A DNA stretch of 59,512 nucleotides, from NCBI GenBank assembly GCA_029937975.1, contig JAPYOW010000003.1, forward strand, positions 1-59,512. The letters run 5' to 3'. The stretch comes from Methylococcaceae bacterium. Its GTDB lineage: Bacteria > Pseudomonadota > Gammaproteobacteria > Methylococcales > Methylomonadaceae. The translations under genes and the position numbers were made by a program. Within the stretch, counting starts at the first letter, position 1; every line of letters begins with the position of its first letter. Under the pieces are notes generated by a model. The model searched no databases. It had not been told where the DNA came from and worked only from the letters and a program-made list of their open reading frames with translations. Shown here one piece after another: positions 40,117 to 49,529 of the stretch.

Positions 40117-42339
40117 CTAATACAAATCAACAGGGTCTATATCGAGTGACCAACGTACTTTTTTGGCTTCTTTGAGCGTATATAACTGGGGTATTAAAAG
40201 GGCTAACAAGGCATGCAAGCCTTTTCTCTGAGGGTTTTGCAATAATAATTGAAAATGGTAATAGCCCGCCCGTTTTACCATGGGTGCAGCGACAGGGCCG
40301 AGTATTAATGTGTTCGTGAGTGGCACATCCCCCAGCAATTGCTGCACCGCTTTAAGAAAAATTTGTGGCTCATCGGGGTTATTGGCATAGACTCTTAACA
40401 AGGCCTGAAAGCTGAAGGGCGGTAAGTGGGCCTGTTGCCGTTCAGCCAGTGCAGTGGTGGCAAAGGAGTGATATCCCTCCTTGAGTAAAACGGCTAATAA
40501 CGGATGATCAGGTTGTCGGGTTTGTAAAATAACTCGCCCGGGTTTTTCTGCCCTGCCGGCTCTGCCTGCCACCTGAATAATTAATTGTGCCAATTTTTCT
40601 GTCGCATGAAAATCTATACTGAATAAGCCACTATCAACATCCAGGATCGCAACCAAAGTGACATTCGGAAAATGATGGCCTTTGGCAAGCATCTGAGTAC
40701 CTAAAATAATATCAACCTTGCCTTGGTTGATTTGTTCAAGATGGTTTTCAAGAGAACCTTTGCGCTGCGTGGAATCTCTATCCAGGCGGACTATTTTCTG
40801 TTGTGGAAATAATGCCCGCAAGACTTTTTCAACGCGCTCTGTACCGAGGCCAAGAGCATTTAATTCGCCTGTCTTACAAGCCGGACATTGTGGTATTAAA
40901 ATCTGTTGATAACCACAATGATGGCACCGTAACACCTGCTCCTTATAGTGTATGACTAAACTGGTATCACATTGATGACAACGGGCAATCCAGGCACAGC
41001 TATGACAAATTTGCACCGGCGCATAGCCCCTACGATTTAAAAACAGTAGCACCTGTTCTTTTTTTGCCAGGGTTTTTTTGATCAGCGCTATCAGCGGTTC
41101 TGACAGCCCATCCTGTAATTTCTTATTACGAATATCAAATACAAAGAATTCAGGCTCAATCGCCACCCCCGCTCTTTGCGACAGTTGTAATAATTGAAAG
41201 CGCTGTTTGTTAACATTATGCAAGCTTTCCAGTGACGGTGTTGCCGTCCCTAGAATAACAGGGATATTGAGTAATTTACCCCGCACTATGGCCAGGTCAC
41301 GTGCGGAAAACCGAAACCCTTCCTGTTGTTTAAAGGACGTGTCATGTTCTTCGTCCACAATAATGAGTCCCGGGTTTTGCAAGGGGGTGAACAGTGCGGA
41401 ACGTGTGCCTAAAAGAATCGCACTATGCCCCTGTTGCATTTCTAACCAGGCCTCATGCCGCTGAGTTTCAGTTAATTTTGAATGGGATATGGCAATAGCC
41501 ACATCAAACCGTTTTCTAAACCGGCTTTCTAATTGCGGGGTCAGTGTTATTTCCGGTAGCAGGACTAAAACTTGCTGCCCATTATTCAATACTTTTTGAA
41601 TAAGTTGCATATACACTTCCGTTTTACCACTGCCGGTGACGCCTTCTAATAAAGTGACAGAAAAGCGATCTAAACCTTGAGAGAGTTGCGCAATGGCTTC
41701 ACTCTGCTGTGCATTGGCAATTAGCTGCGGTTCAATTGCGGTATTTGCTCTATTCCGGGGTTTTGTACGCAACTCGGTAATGATTAGGCCTTTTTCCATC
41801 AGCGTTTTGATCGCCGGGCGCCAGTTTTTCTCTAATGCCGTCAGCGCTGTCGACGACAAGCTTTTGCTGGGGGCTAAAAAGTGTTCGAAGATTATTTTTT
41901 GTTTAGGCGTCCGTATTAACTGTTGCGGATTCAGGCACTGGCCTTTTGCCGAGAGCAGATAGTGCTTTTCTTGCGCCAGTATGGCAGGTTTGCCTTTTCT
42001 GAGTGAGACAGGAAAGGCTGCACTCAACACTTCTCCCAAAGGATAGTGATAATAATCACTCGCCCATTGCAATAATTGAAAATCTTTTGCACTGAGTAAA
42101 GCAGCGCTATCCAGTATCTCAGTTATAGGTTTCAGACGCCCAGACTGCACCGTGCTATGGTTAACCTGTGCGATGACAAACCCCACTTTTTCAGACTTCC
42201 CAAACGGTACTAAAACACGACAGCCTCTGGCAATTTGATTCACCCCTTCGGGGGCTAAATAGTCAAACAAGCGATTAAGAGGAATAGCTATGGCTATTCT
42301 AAAAACCGCTAACTGTTTATGGGGTGAGTCAGCCATCAA
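40117..42339 (-). CDS. priA: primosomal replication restart helicase PriA
   Basis: 740 aa. Walker A GVTGSGKTEVY, DEEHD box, and a Cys-rich zinc insertion (CHSC...CHQC...CHHCG...CPAC). Confidence 0.95.
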   Translation of the reverse strand: MMADSPHKQLAVFRIAIAIPLNRLFDYLAPEGVNQIARGCRVLVPFGKSEKVGFVIAQVNHSTVQSGRLKPITEILDSAALLSAKDFQLLQWASDYYHYPLGEVLSAAFPVSLRKGKPAILAQEKHYLLSAKGQCLNPQQLIRTPKQKIIFEHFLAPSKSLSSTALTALEKNWRPAIKTLMEKGLIITELRTKPRNRANTAIEPQLIANAQQSEAIAQLSQGLDRFSVTLLEGVTGSGKTEVYMQLIQKVLNNGQQVLVLLPEITLTPQLESRFRKRFDVAIAISHSKLTETQRHEAWLEMQQGHSAILLGTRSALFTPLQNPGLIIVDEEHDTSFKQQEGFRFSARDLAIVRGKLLNIPVILGTATPSLESLHNVNKQRFQLLQLSQRAGVAIEPEFFVFDIRNKKLQDGLSEPLIALIKKTLAKKEQVLLFLNRRGYAPVQICHSCAWIARCHQCDTSLVIHYKEQVLRCHHCGYQQILIPQCPACKTGELNALGLGTERVEKVLRALFPQQKIVRLDRDSTQRKGSLENHLEQINQGKVDIILGTQMLAKGHHFPNVTLVAILDVDSGLFSIDFHATEKLAQLIIQVAGRAGRAEKPGRVILQTRQPDHPLLAVLLKEGYHSFATTALAERQQAHLPPFSFQALLRVYANNPDEPQIFLKAVQQLLGDVPLTNTLILGPVAAPMVKRAGYYHFQLLLQNPQRKGLHALLALLIPQLYTLKEAKKVRWSLDIDPVDLY

Positions 42340-42620
42340 TGCTAATTTTTTTGATGAATTGCAGTTTAATGCTTAGTGTTATGGAATCAATAAAATCAAA
42401 CACAGAAACTGTGGATAACTCTGTGAGTCAATTCTTCATTAAGAAGACTTAATCCCCGTTATAACAGGCTTTATCCAGCCGAACCAAATGCAATACAGTT
42501 ATAAATAATCATAGTATTCAGCCGCTTAGTGATTTACTGATTATATGCTGATACTTAGACTCTAAGTTTTGCCATGAAAAACCGGCTTGTGCATAAAGCT
42601 CGTAATATTATCCATTACAC

Positions 42621-43430
42621 TCAGGGCTTTATGAATTTAAGCGTCATTCGGTCACTTTCGCCGATCGCTAAATATTTTTCTTTGTCCTGTTCTTTTAATT
42701 TTAAAGTAGGAGGGAGAGTCCAGACTCCTTTAGGATGCTTAGCGCTATCTTTTGGATTAGCATTGATGGCAGATGATGCCAGAAACCTGAAGCCAGCTTT
42801 TTCTGCCAAAGCAATCACATAGGCTTCAGTAACATAGCCTGACAGGGCATGGGTATCAGGATGGCTATTGGCCGGGGCACGGTGTTCTACCACACCCAGT
42901 ATCCCGCCCGGTTTTAACGCCTGATACATGGCCGTAAAAACGGCATCGGCCTGCGCTTTTTTCATCCAGTTATGCACATTACGAAAAGTTAACACCCTAT
43001 CCGCCGAACCTACGGGAGCTATAGCAAGAGCATCCGGCGCATGTAACTGCGTGAGTATGACATTGCCATAGCGCTCCGGTTGCGCACTCATTTTTTCCTT
43101 AAATTGTGCCAGGCTTTTGGTGAAATACGCAATACCCGAATTAGCGGAGAAATGGGCGGCATATAAAACCCCTTGTGGCTTAAGATACGGCGCTAGAATT
43201 TCGGTATACCAGCCTTTTCCTCCCGGCCATATTTCCACCACCGTCATATCGGCGTCTACTTCAAAGAAACGCAGCGTTTGCAAAGGGTGCCGGTATTGAT
43301 CCCGAAATTTATGCTGTTCAGACCGATGCGTCCCAGCTATCGCCCTGGCTAACAAACCGTTTTCAGTTGCCTCGGCCATAGCCGTCGTGAAAGAAACTAA
43401 AAACAAACTGGCTAATAAAATTTTTTTCAT
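42621..43430 (-). CDS. secreted class I SAM-dependent methyltransferase-like protein (COG4798-like)
   Basis: Signal peptide, then a VVEIWPGGKGWYTEILAP methyltransferase motif I-like segment. Confidence 0.6.
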   Translation of the reverse strand: MKKILLASLFLVSFTTAMAEATENGLLARAIAGTHRSEQHKFRDQYRHPLQTLRFFEVDADMTVVEIWPGGKGWYTEILAPYLKPQGVLYAAHFSANSGIAYFTKSLAQFKEKMSAQPERYGNVILTQLHAPDALAIAPVGSADRVLTFRNVHNWMKKAQADAVFTAMYQALKPGGILGVVEHRAPANSHPDTHALSGYVTEAYVIALAEKAGFRFLASSAINANPKDSAKHPKGVWTLPPTLKLKEQDKEKYLAIGESDRMTLKFIKP

Positions 43431-43442
43431 GTGTGCGCGCCT

Positions 43443-43955
43443 TTATGCTGTGGGTTTAGCTGAGTTCCATTGTTGGAACAAACTCAAGGTCGCTAATCCT
43501 GAGAATGCCACTAAAGTCCAGCCCGGAATGCTCAACCCTAAAAATGTCCATAAAATGTCAGCACAATCTCCTGTGCCACTGAGCATGAGCCTAAAGGTAT
43601 CCAACAAGGGGAAGTTTTCAAACACATAGGCAAGTCCAGGACCGCATTCGGGAATCTGATCTGGCGCTAAATGTTGTATCCATACATGACGCATTGAAAT
43701 ACCCGCACCTATCAAGGCGCTCAGTGTGCCCAGAATAGAATAGATTTTTAAACCACCGTTGCCAGGATTATGTAGTGCTGCCATGAGAAAGATCATGCCG
43801 GTAGTCAGCAACATGATGCGTTGGGAAATACATAATGGACAAGGCTCCATCTCTTCCACAAATTGAAAGTAGGCACCTGTTGCCAACATCGCAAAACAAG
43901 CAATAAAACCCAGTAAAAACCAGGTGCGAGGATTAAATTTTAACCGCTGAAACAT
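43443..43955 (-). CDS. dsbB: disulfide bond formation protein B
   Basis: Four TM helices, a CPLC pair in loop 1 and a second Cys pair (PECG...C) in loop 2. ATG at 43955 (MFQRLKFNPRTW...). Confidence 0.88.
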   Translation of the reverse strand: MFQRLKFNPRTWFLLGFIACFAMLATGAYFQFVEEMEPCPLCISQRIMLLTTGMIFLMAALHNPGNGGLKIYSILGTLSALIGAGISMRHVWIQHLAPDQIPECGPGLAYVFENFPLLDTFRLMLSGTGDCADILWTFLGLSIPGWTLVAFSGLATLSLFQQWNSAKPTA

Positions 43956-44148
43956 AACAAACTTCTTTTTTAAATACCTTAATTTCCTGTGAAGGACCCA
44001 TGACCACCAGTATATCGCCAGCATCTATTTTATGGTCTTTCTGACCAATAGCAAAATGCAATGCATCACCTAACGCTTTAACCACCATACCAATTAACAC
44101 TAAATTATACGAGACATTGCTGTCCAATGTTCGGGTATAGGTGTTTGC
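43933..44148 (-). pseudogene. relic of an RCK_C/TrkA_C domain (last ~50 residues only)
   Basis: An open frame bounded by an upstream TGA. The sequence ...YNLVLIGMVVKALGDALHFAIGQKDHKIDAGDILVVMGPSQEIKVF matches the end of RCK_C domains. No channel or transporter body precedes it. It overlaps the dsbB start. Confidence 0.5.
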
Positions 44149-44224
44149 TCACACACTGTTTGCTGGAATAACACCGTCTGCGAAGTGTAAGTCATTCCGG
44201 TCAAACACGGTGTGATCGATGCGC

Positions 44225-44950
44225 TTATTTTTTAAAATCAATTACTTTGCGCGCCGGGTTCAGGTTTATCTCATCAATCACCATCTTTGCGTTTGAGTTA
44301 AGAATGTAATCGACGGTTTCCGCAATATCCTCGGGTAATATGGCATTGTCTGGATCCGCTCCTGGCTGAAACGATAAATTATCAAAAAAGGCCGTTTTTA
44401 CCATGCCGGGGTTAATTAATGAAATACGGACACCCCGTTGACCACATTCCTCTCTCAGTGCCTGAGTAAAGCCTCGCAAGGCAAATTTACTGGCACAGTA
44501 AATAGTCCCTTTTCGACTACCTTTTAAAGCCGCCTCTGAACCAATATAAATCAAATGACTCTGCTTCTTGCGTTTTAATCCGGGGATCAGAGCACGCGTT
44601 AAAAAGACTTGACTGGTAAAGTTGACTGTCATCAATTGCTCGATTTGAGAAAAAGAAAACTCTTCTAGTGAACCGAATTGTCCAAAGCCTGCTGAAAAAA
44701 TAACACCATCCAGACTGGGGTAAGACTTTTCCATTTGTATCATCTTAGGTGCGATCTGCTGCAGCAGAGAAAAATCTATTTGCAGGGGATGAAAATTTTC
44801 ATGCGCTGTTGTAAATTGACTACAATCCCGGGAACAACCAATCACTACATGTCCCTGACTTAGCAGTTTTTTTGCAATGGCCCGACCTATGCCTGAACTG
44901 GCACCGGTCACCAGTAATGTTCTTTTCAGTGGCTTCTCTAAATCTTGCAT
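44225..44950 (-). CDS. SDR family oxidoreductase
   Basis: TGASSGIGRA cofactor motif and YCASK catalytic motif. The ATG at 44950 overlaps the upstream gene's stop by 13 nt. Confidence 0.88.
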   Translation of the reverse strand: MQDLEKPLKRTLLVTGASSGIGRAIAKKLLSQGHVVIGCSRDCSQFTTAHENFHPLQIDFSLLQQIAPKMIQMEKSYPSLDGVIFSAGFGQFGSLEEFSFSQIEQLMTVNFTSQVFLTRALIPGLKRKKQSHLIYIGSEAALKGSRKGTIYCASKFALRGFTQALREECGQRGVRISLINPGMVKTAFFDNLSFQPGADPDNAILPEDIAETVDYILNSNAKMVIDEINLNPARKVIDFKK

Positions 44951-45930
44951 GGAAAAAAGATCGACTCTGGAATGTAGTTTAATAACTGTTCGGTACAATA
45001 TTGGAGCATTTCCTGTTCCAGTTCGGTTTTATACGATGTCATTTTTTGCGTGGTGATTAAGGGACTGGCAAATAACTTTTCTTCAGGGTAAAGCTTATGT
45101 ATTTTTTTGAAATATTTTTCCGGTAAACGAAAGACACCGAGACTGACTGAATGCAGAGAGTCCACTGAAATTCTGGAAAAAACCTGTTCAAATAATTTTT
45201 TATACTGACGTTTGTAATCAGCCTGGTAGATTAAAGGATCAAACCGTAGACCCAGCGGCCAACCATGATCTTGTAATTTACTCAGCGCATCAAGGCGACG
45301 TTCGAGAGCAGGTGCTTTATCTTCCACTTTTTGCGCAATCTCATCCGGCGATAAACTAAACGCAACAATACACCGTGAAAAAGGCTGTTGGTTAAGCAAA
45401 CTCCTTATCTGTGTACTTTTCGTGCGCAATTCAAGCCAGGCATTGGGTATCTGTGCAAAAAAGGGTAAAAAGTGTTCTGCAAAATGGGTAACCGGTTCTA
45501 AAGCCAGACTATCGCAATCATAACCCGAGAAGAAATGAATCTGTTCATCAGGTGTGGCATGACAAATCTGTGATATTTCAGTTTGAAAATCTTCGTAATT
45601 AACAAAAAACACATAATTGGCCGATTGATACATGCCTTGTAAAAAGCAGTATCGACAATCGTATAAGCAATTATACATATGCGAGAAATAGTAATTTCGG
45701 TCGGATCCAATACCATATCCCGGCGGAACAGGAAGCGCAAAGCGGTTAAATTTCTCCGCAATGATTAATGCAGGGTTTTGCTTTTGCAGCCGAAAATTCT
45801 GAGCTTTTGGATTAAAAACCTCTCCATAACGTTCGCATGAGATGATTCTCGCCTGTGGAAACCGATCACAGATACTGAGTGTACGAGGGTGATGGCGAAC
45901 ACTTTCTTCAATATATAAGGTATCAATCAT
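44938..45930 (-). CDS. spore photoproduct lyase-like radical SAM protein
   Basis: CLYDCRYC (CxxxCxxC) cluster motif. Size and N-terminal MIDTLYIEE...HPRT pattern fit the SPL family. Confidence 0.75.
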   Translation of the reverse strand: MIDTLYIEESVRHHPRTLSICDRFPQARIISCERYGEVFNPKAQNFRLQKQNPALIIAEKFNRFALPVPPGYGIGSDRNYYFSHMYNCLYDCRYCFLQGMYQSANYVFFVNYEDFQTEISQICHATPDEQIHFFSGYDCDSLALEPVTHFAEHFLPFFAQIPNAWLELRTKSTQIRSLLNQQPFSRCIVAFSLSPDEIAQKVEDKAPALERRLDALSKLQDHGWPLGLRFDPLIYQADYKRQYKKLFEQVFSRISVDSLHSVSLGVFRLPEKYFKKIHKLYPEEKLFASPLITTQKMTSYKTELEQEMLQYCTEQLLNYIPESIFFPCKI

Positions 45931-46002
45931 GAAGAGTCTTGCGGGAGTTCAGTAATAACAAAGGTATCAATCATGAAGAGTCTTACGTGGTTTCAGTAAT
46001 AA
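45917..46002. repeat. 44-bp-period tandem duplication spanning the start codon of the SPL-like gene
   Basis: AAGGTATCAATCATGAAGAGTCTTGCGGGAGTTCAGTAATAA (45917-45958) is repeated at 45961-46002 with 4 mismatches. Confidence 0.9.
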
Positions 46003-46314
46003 AAATAGCGCGTGTAATGGCCGGTAACAGAGGCTAACTAGAGTTAGTCTGCATTCGAGATTATCATAATACAGTGGCCATCAGCATAAAAGATACCGCC
46101 ATCTGCCGCTATACCCTGTCTTTTACCATAAGAATGCAGCGGCTGGCCTTATCAGGGGGCTCCAAAAATTTCCTGTGGCCCGCTGAAACCACCTATTTCA
46201 GCAGACCAAGCAAGCCACCGTCAACCCCTACGGGTAAAATCAAAGCGAATAGTTACCTGACATGTTTAAATAGGCAGTAAAATATATCACCACATTACTT
46301 TTCTTTCTTAAACA

Positions 46315-47142
46315 ATGAATACAAAAAAAATTGGTTTTATTGGTGGCGGCAATATGGCTTCCAGTCTTATAAGTGGTTTAATTGCAAGTGGACATCCTGC
46401 CGATCTATTGTGGGTTTCAGATACCAATCAGAATGCTCTGGATGCGTTATCTGCAAAGTTACACGTCAATGTTTCAGTAGATAATAGTGTAGTCGTCAAT
46501 GAAGTTGATGTGATTGTATTAGCCGTTAAACCACAAATACTCCATAGCGTAGCCACACAAATAGCATCGATTGTGCAACAAAGAAACGTTTTAGTTGTTT
46601 CTATCGCCGCCGGTATTTCCCAGGAAAGTCTGGCAAAATGGTTAGGATCAGCCATTGCAATAGTTCGCTGTATGCCCAATACCCCTGCACTGGTACGGAC
46701 AGGAGCTACCGCTCTACATGCTAATGCTGCCGTAAATGATGCGCAAAAAAATTTAGCTGAAAATATTTTACGGGCTGTCGGTATTTCATTATGGGTTGAA
46801 CATGAAAGTGAGTTAGATGCTGTCACAGCCATCTCGGGAAGTGGCCCCGCGTATTTTTTTCTACTGATGGAAGCCATGGAACAGACCGCCTCGGAGCTTG
46901 GGCTGAGAGAGGACACAGCACAATTATTGATTCAGCAAACCGCCTTGGGTGCAGCCAAAATAGCCCTGGAGTCTGATGAATCCTCAAGACAGTTACGCCA
47001 ACGTGTCACCTCTCCCGGTGGCACAACAGAAAAAGCGATTCAAACCTTCGAAGAAGGGCGATTTAAGCAATTGGTTGCCAAAGCATTACATGCTGCACGC
47101 GATCGTTCCGTGGAAATGTCTAAACAATTAGGAGAAAAATAA
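46315..47142 (+). CDS. proC: pyrroline-5-carboxylate reductase
   Basis: IGFIGGGNMA Rossmann motif and the C-terminal SPGGTT motif. Confidence 0.93.
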   Translation: MNTKKIGFIGGGNMASSLISGLIASGHPADLLWVSDTNQNALDALSAKLHVNVSVDNSVVVNEVDVIVLAVKPQILHSVATQIASIVQQRNVLVVSIAAGISQESLAKWLGSAIAIVRCMPNTPALVRTGATALHANAAVNDAQKNLAENILRAVGISLWVEHESELDAVTAISGSGPAYFFLLMEAMEQTASELGLREDTAQLLIQQTALGAAKIALESDESSRQLRQRVTSPGGTTEKAIQTFEEGRFKQLVAKALHAARDRSVEMSKQLGEK

Positions 47143-47717
47143 TGGGTTCAAGTTATATGGTTAATCCGGCAATATTTTTAATTGATACATTGTTCTCATT
47201 GTATATTTTAACTATTGTGCTGCGTTTTTTATTGCAATGGACACATGCCGATTTTTATAACCCCATTTCCCAGTTTCTGGTTAAAGTAACCCACCCCCCG
47301 TTAAAACTGTTGCGTCGTTTTGTGCCTTCTGTCGGTAAAATAGATACATCTTCCATTGTTTTAGCCCTGTCGTTACAAATGCTGGCCGACTTTTCAATTT
47401 TGCTGTTAAAAGGCGTGATGGTCAGTCCAACGGCTTTAATTATTTTATCTTTTTCTCAATTGATCAGCTTGTTGATTAATGTTTTTGTATTTGCTGTTTT
47501 TGGTAGAGCCATACTGAGCTGGTTTGATCCCAGTAACACCAGTCCAGCAAGCACAATTTTATACAGTCTAACTGAACCTCTACTGACTATTTGTCGCAAG
47601 GTTATTCCCGATTTAGGTGGCATTGATTTATCGCCACTGGCGGCCTTAATGCTGTTGCAACTGGCAAAAATGATGATTTTACCGCCTTTAAATCAATTAG
47701 CGACCCTGATAGGCTAA
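47142..47717 (+). CDS. yggT: YggT family membrane protein
   Basis: Two YGGT repeats. TAATG overlap with proC, which is the conserved pairing. Confidence 0.85.
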   Translation: MGSSYMVNPAIFLIDTLFSLYILTIVLRFLLQWTHADFYNPISQFLVKVTHPPLKLLRRFVPSVGKIDTSSIVLALSLQMLADFSILLLKGVMVSPTALIILSFSQLISLLINVFVFAVFGRAILSWFDPSNTSPASTILYSLTEPLLTICRKVIPDLGGIDLSPLAALMLLQLAKMMILPPLNQLATLIG

Positions 47718-47772
47718 CCGGGCCTGGCTTTCAACATGTTTGTGTTATCTGCCAGCGTCTTAACATCCGTAA

Positions 47773-47810
47773 CCAACCTCTGTCACTGTTGCAGGGGTTG
47801 GCTGTTTATT
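47773..47810 (+). terminator. terminator candidate after yggT
   Basis: CCAACCTCTG-loop-CAGGGGTTGG (one mismatch) followed by CTGTTTATT. Confidence 0.45.
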
Positions 47811-47860
47811 CCGACCTGCCTGTACCCGCCTGCGCTTTAAACCATAGCTGACGCCATCAA

Positions 47861-48793
<933 letters not shown>

Positions 48794-48818
48794 TCACTGG
48801 ATTGCTTAGTTCTTTAAA

Positions 48819-49073
48819 CTACTGCTGGATGCGTTGTAGAGCGGCTGGATTGTCTGCTTCAAAACGAAGGGTTAATACCGCTACGATATTAGATGCTCTC
48901 AACAAACGCCAGCCATCGGCAAATTCCACACTCATGGTGTTCATTTCATGAAAAGTCACAGGATAACTACCGCCATTTTTACCGGCCAGCAAGTCTTTAA
49001 CCGCCTTTAATAGACTGTCTAGGTTCTGTTTTAAAGTGGCGATAAAATCAGGATAACAGCCTATCCGTATATT
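48819..49073 (-). pseudogene. algC: relic of phosphomannomutase/phosphoglucomutase AlgC (C-terminal domain 4 only)
   Basis: 84 codons open from the codon right after the dut TGA to a TAG. The sequence ...VEFADGWRLLRASNIVAVLTLRFEADNPAALQRIQQ matches the AlgC/PMM C-terminus (DGWGLVRASNTTPVLVLRFEAD). The position is exactly where algC sits in the Pseudomonas coaBC-dut-algC-argB cluster. No start codon or RBS, and the phosphate-binding loop is degraded. Confidence 0.8.
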
Positions 49074-49529
49074 TCAATGTCGCCCGGTATGGCCGAAGCC
49101 ACCATCTCCCCGATAACTTGCATCAAATTCTGTTACCTGTTCAAATTCTGCCTGTATCACTGGCACAAAAATCATTTGCGCTATGCGCTCACCAATCTCA
49201 ATGGTGAATGCGGTATTGCCTCTGTTCCAGCAGGAGACAAAGACCTGGCCCTGATAATCTGAATCAATCAAACCGACCAGATTACCCAGCACAATACCGT
49301 GTTTATGACCCAGTCCTGAACGCGGTAGCAACATGGCGGCGGTATCATTGTCAGCAATATGGATGGCCAGACCGGTAGGAATCAGCTGGGTTTCACCGGG
49401 TTCTAATATCATCGCGGCTTCCAGACAAGCCCTCAAATCCAGTCCCGCAGAACCTGAGGTTGCATAGTCGGGTAGTGGAATGTCCTTCCCCAAACGCGGG
49501 TCTAAAATTTTAAGTTGTATTTTTTTCAT
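49074..49529 (-). CDS. dut: dUTP diphosphatase
   Basis: 151 aa with the five dUTPase motifs ([21 protein letters not shown], ...). Its start overlaps the coaBC end by 20 nt. Confidence 0.95.
   Translation of the reverse strand: MKKIQLKILDPRLGKDIPLPDYATSGSAGLDLRACLEAAMILEPGETQLIPTGLAIHIADNDTAAMLLPRSGLGHKHGIVLGNLVGLIDSDYQGQVFVSCWNRGNTAFTIEIGERIAQMIFVPVIQAEFEQVTEFDASYRGDGGFGHTGRH

Noticed and set aside
46074-46280. 68-aa ORF upstream of proC, and a faint YggS-like C-terminal motif (EIFGAP) on the opposite strand, where yggS would be expected by synteny.
   Set aside because: The motif is only 6 residues and lies on the wrong strand for the conserved yggS-proC-yggT order. The plus-strand ORF is Ser/Pro/Thr-rich with no SD.
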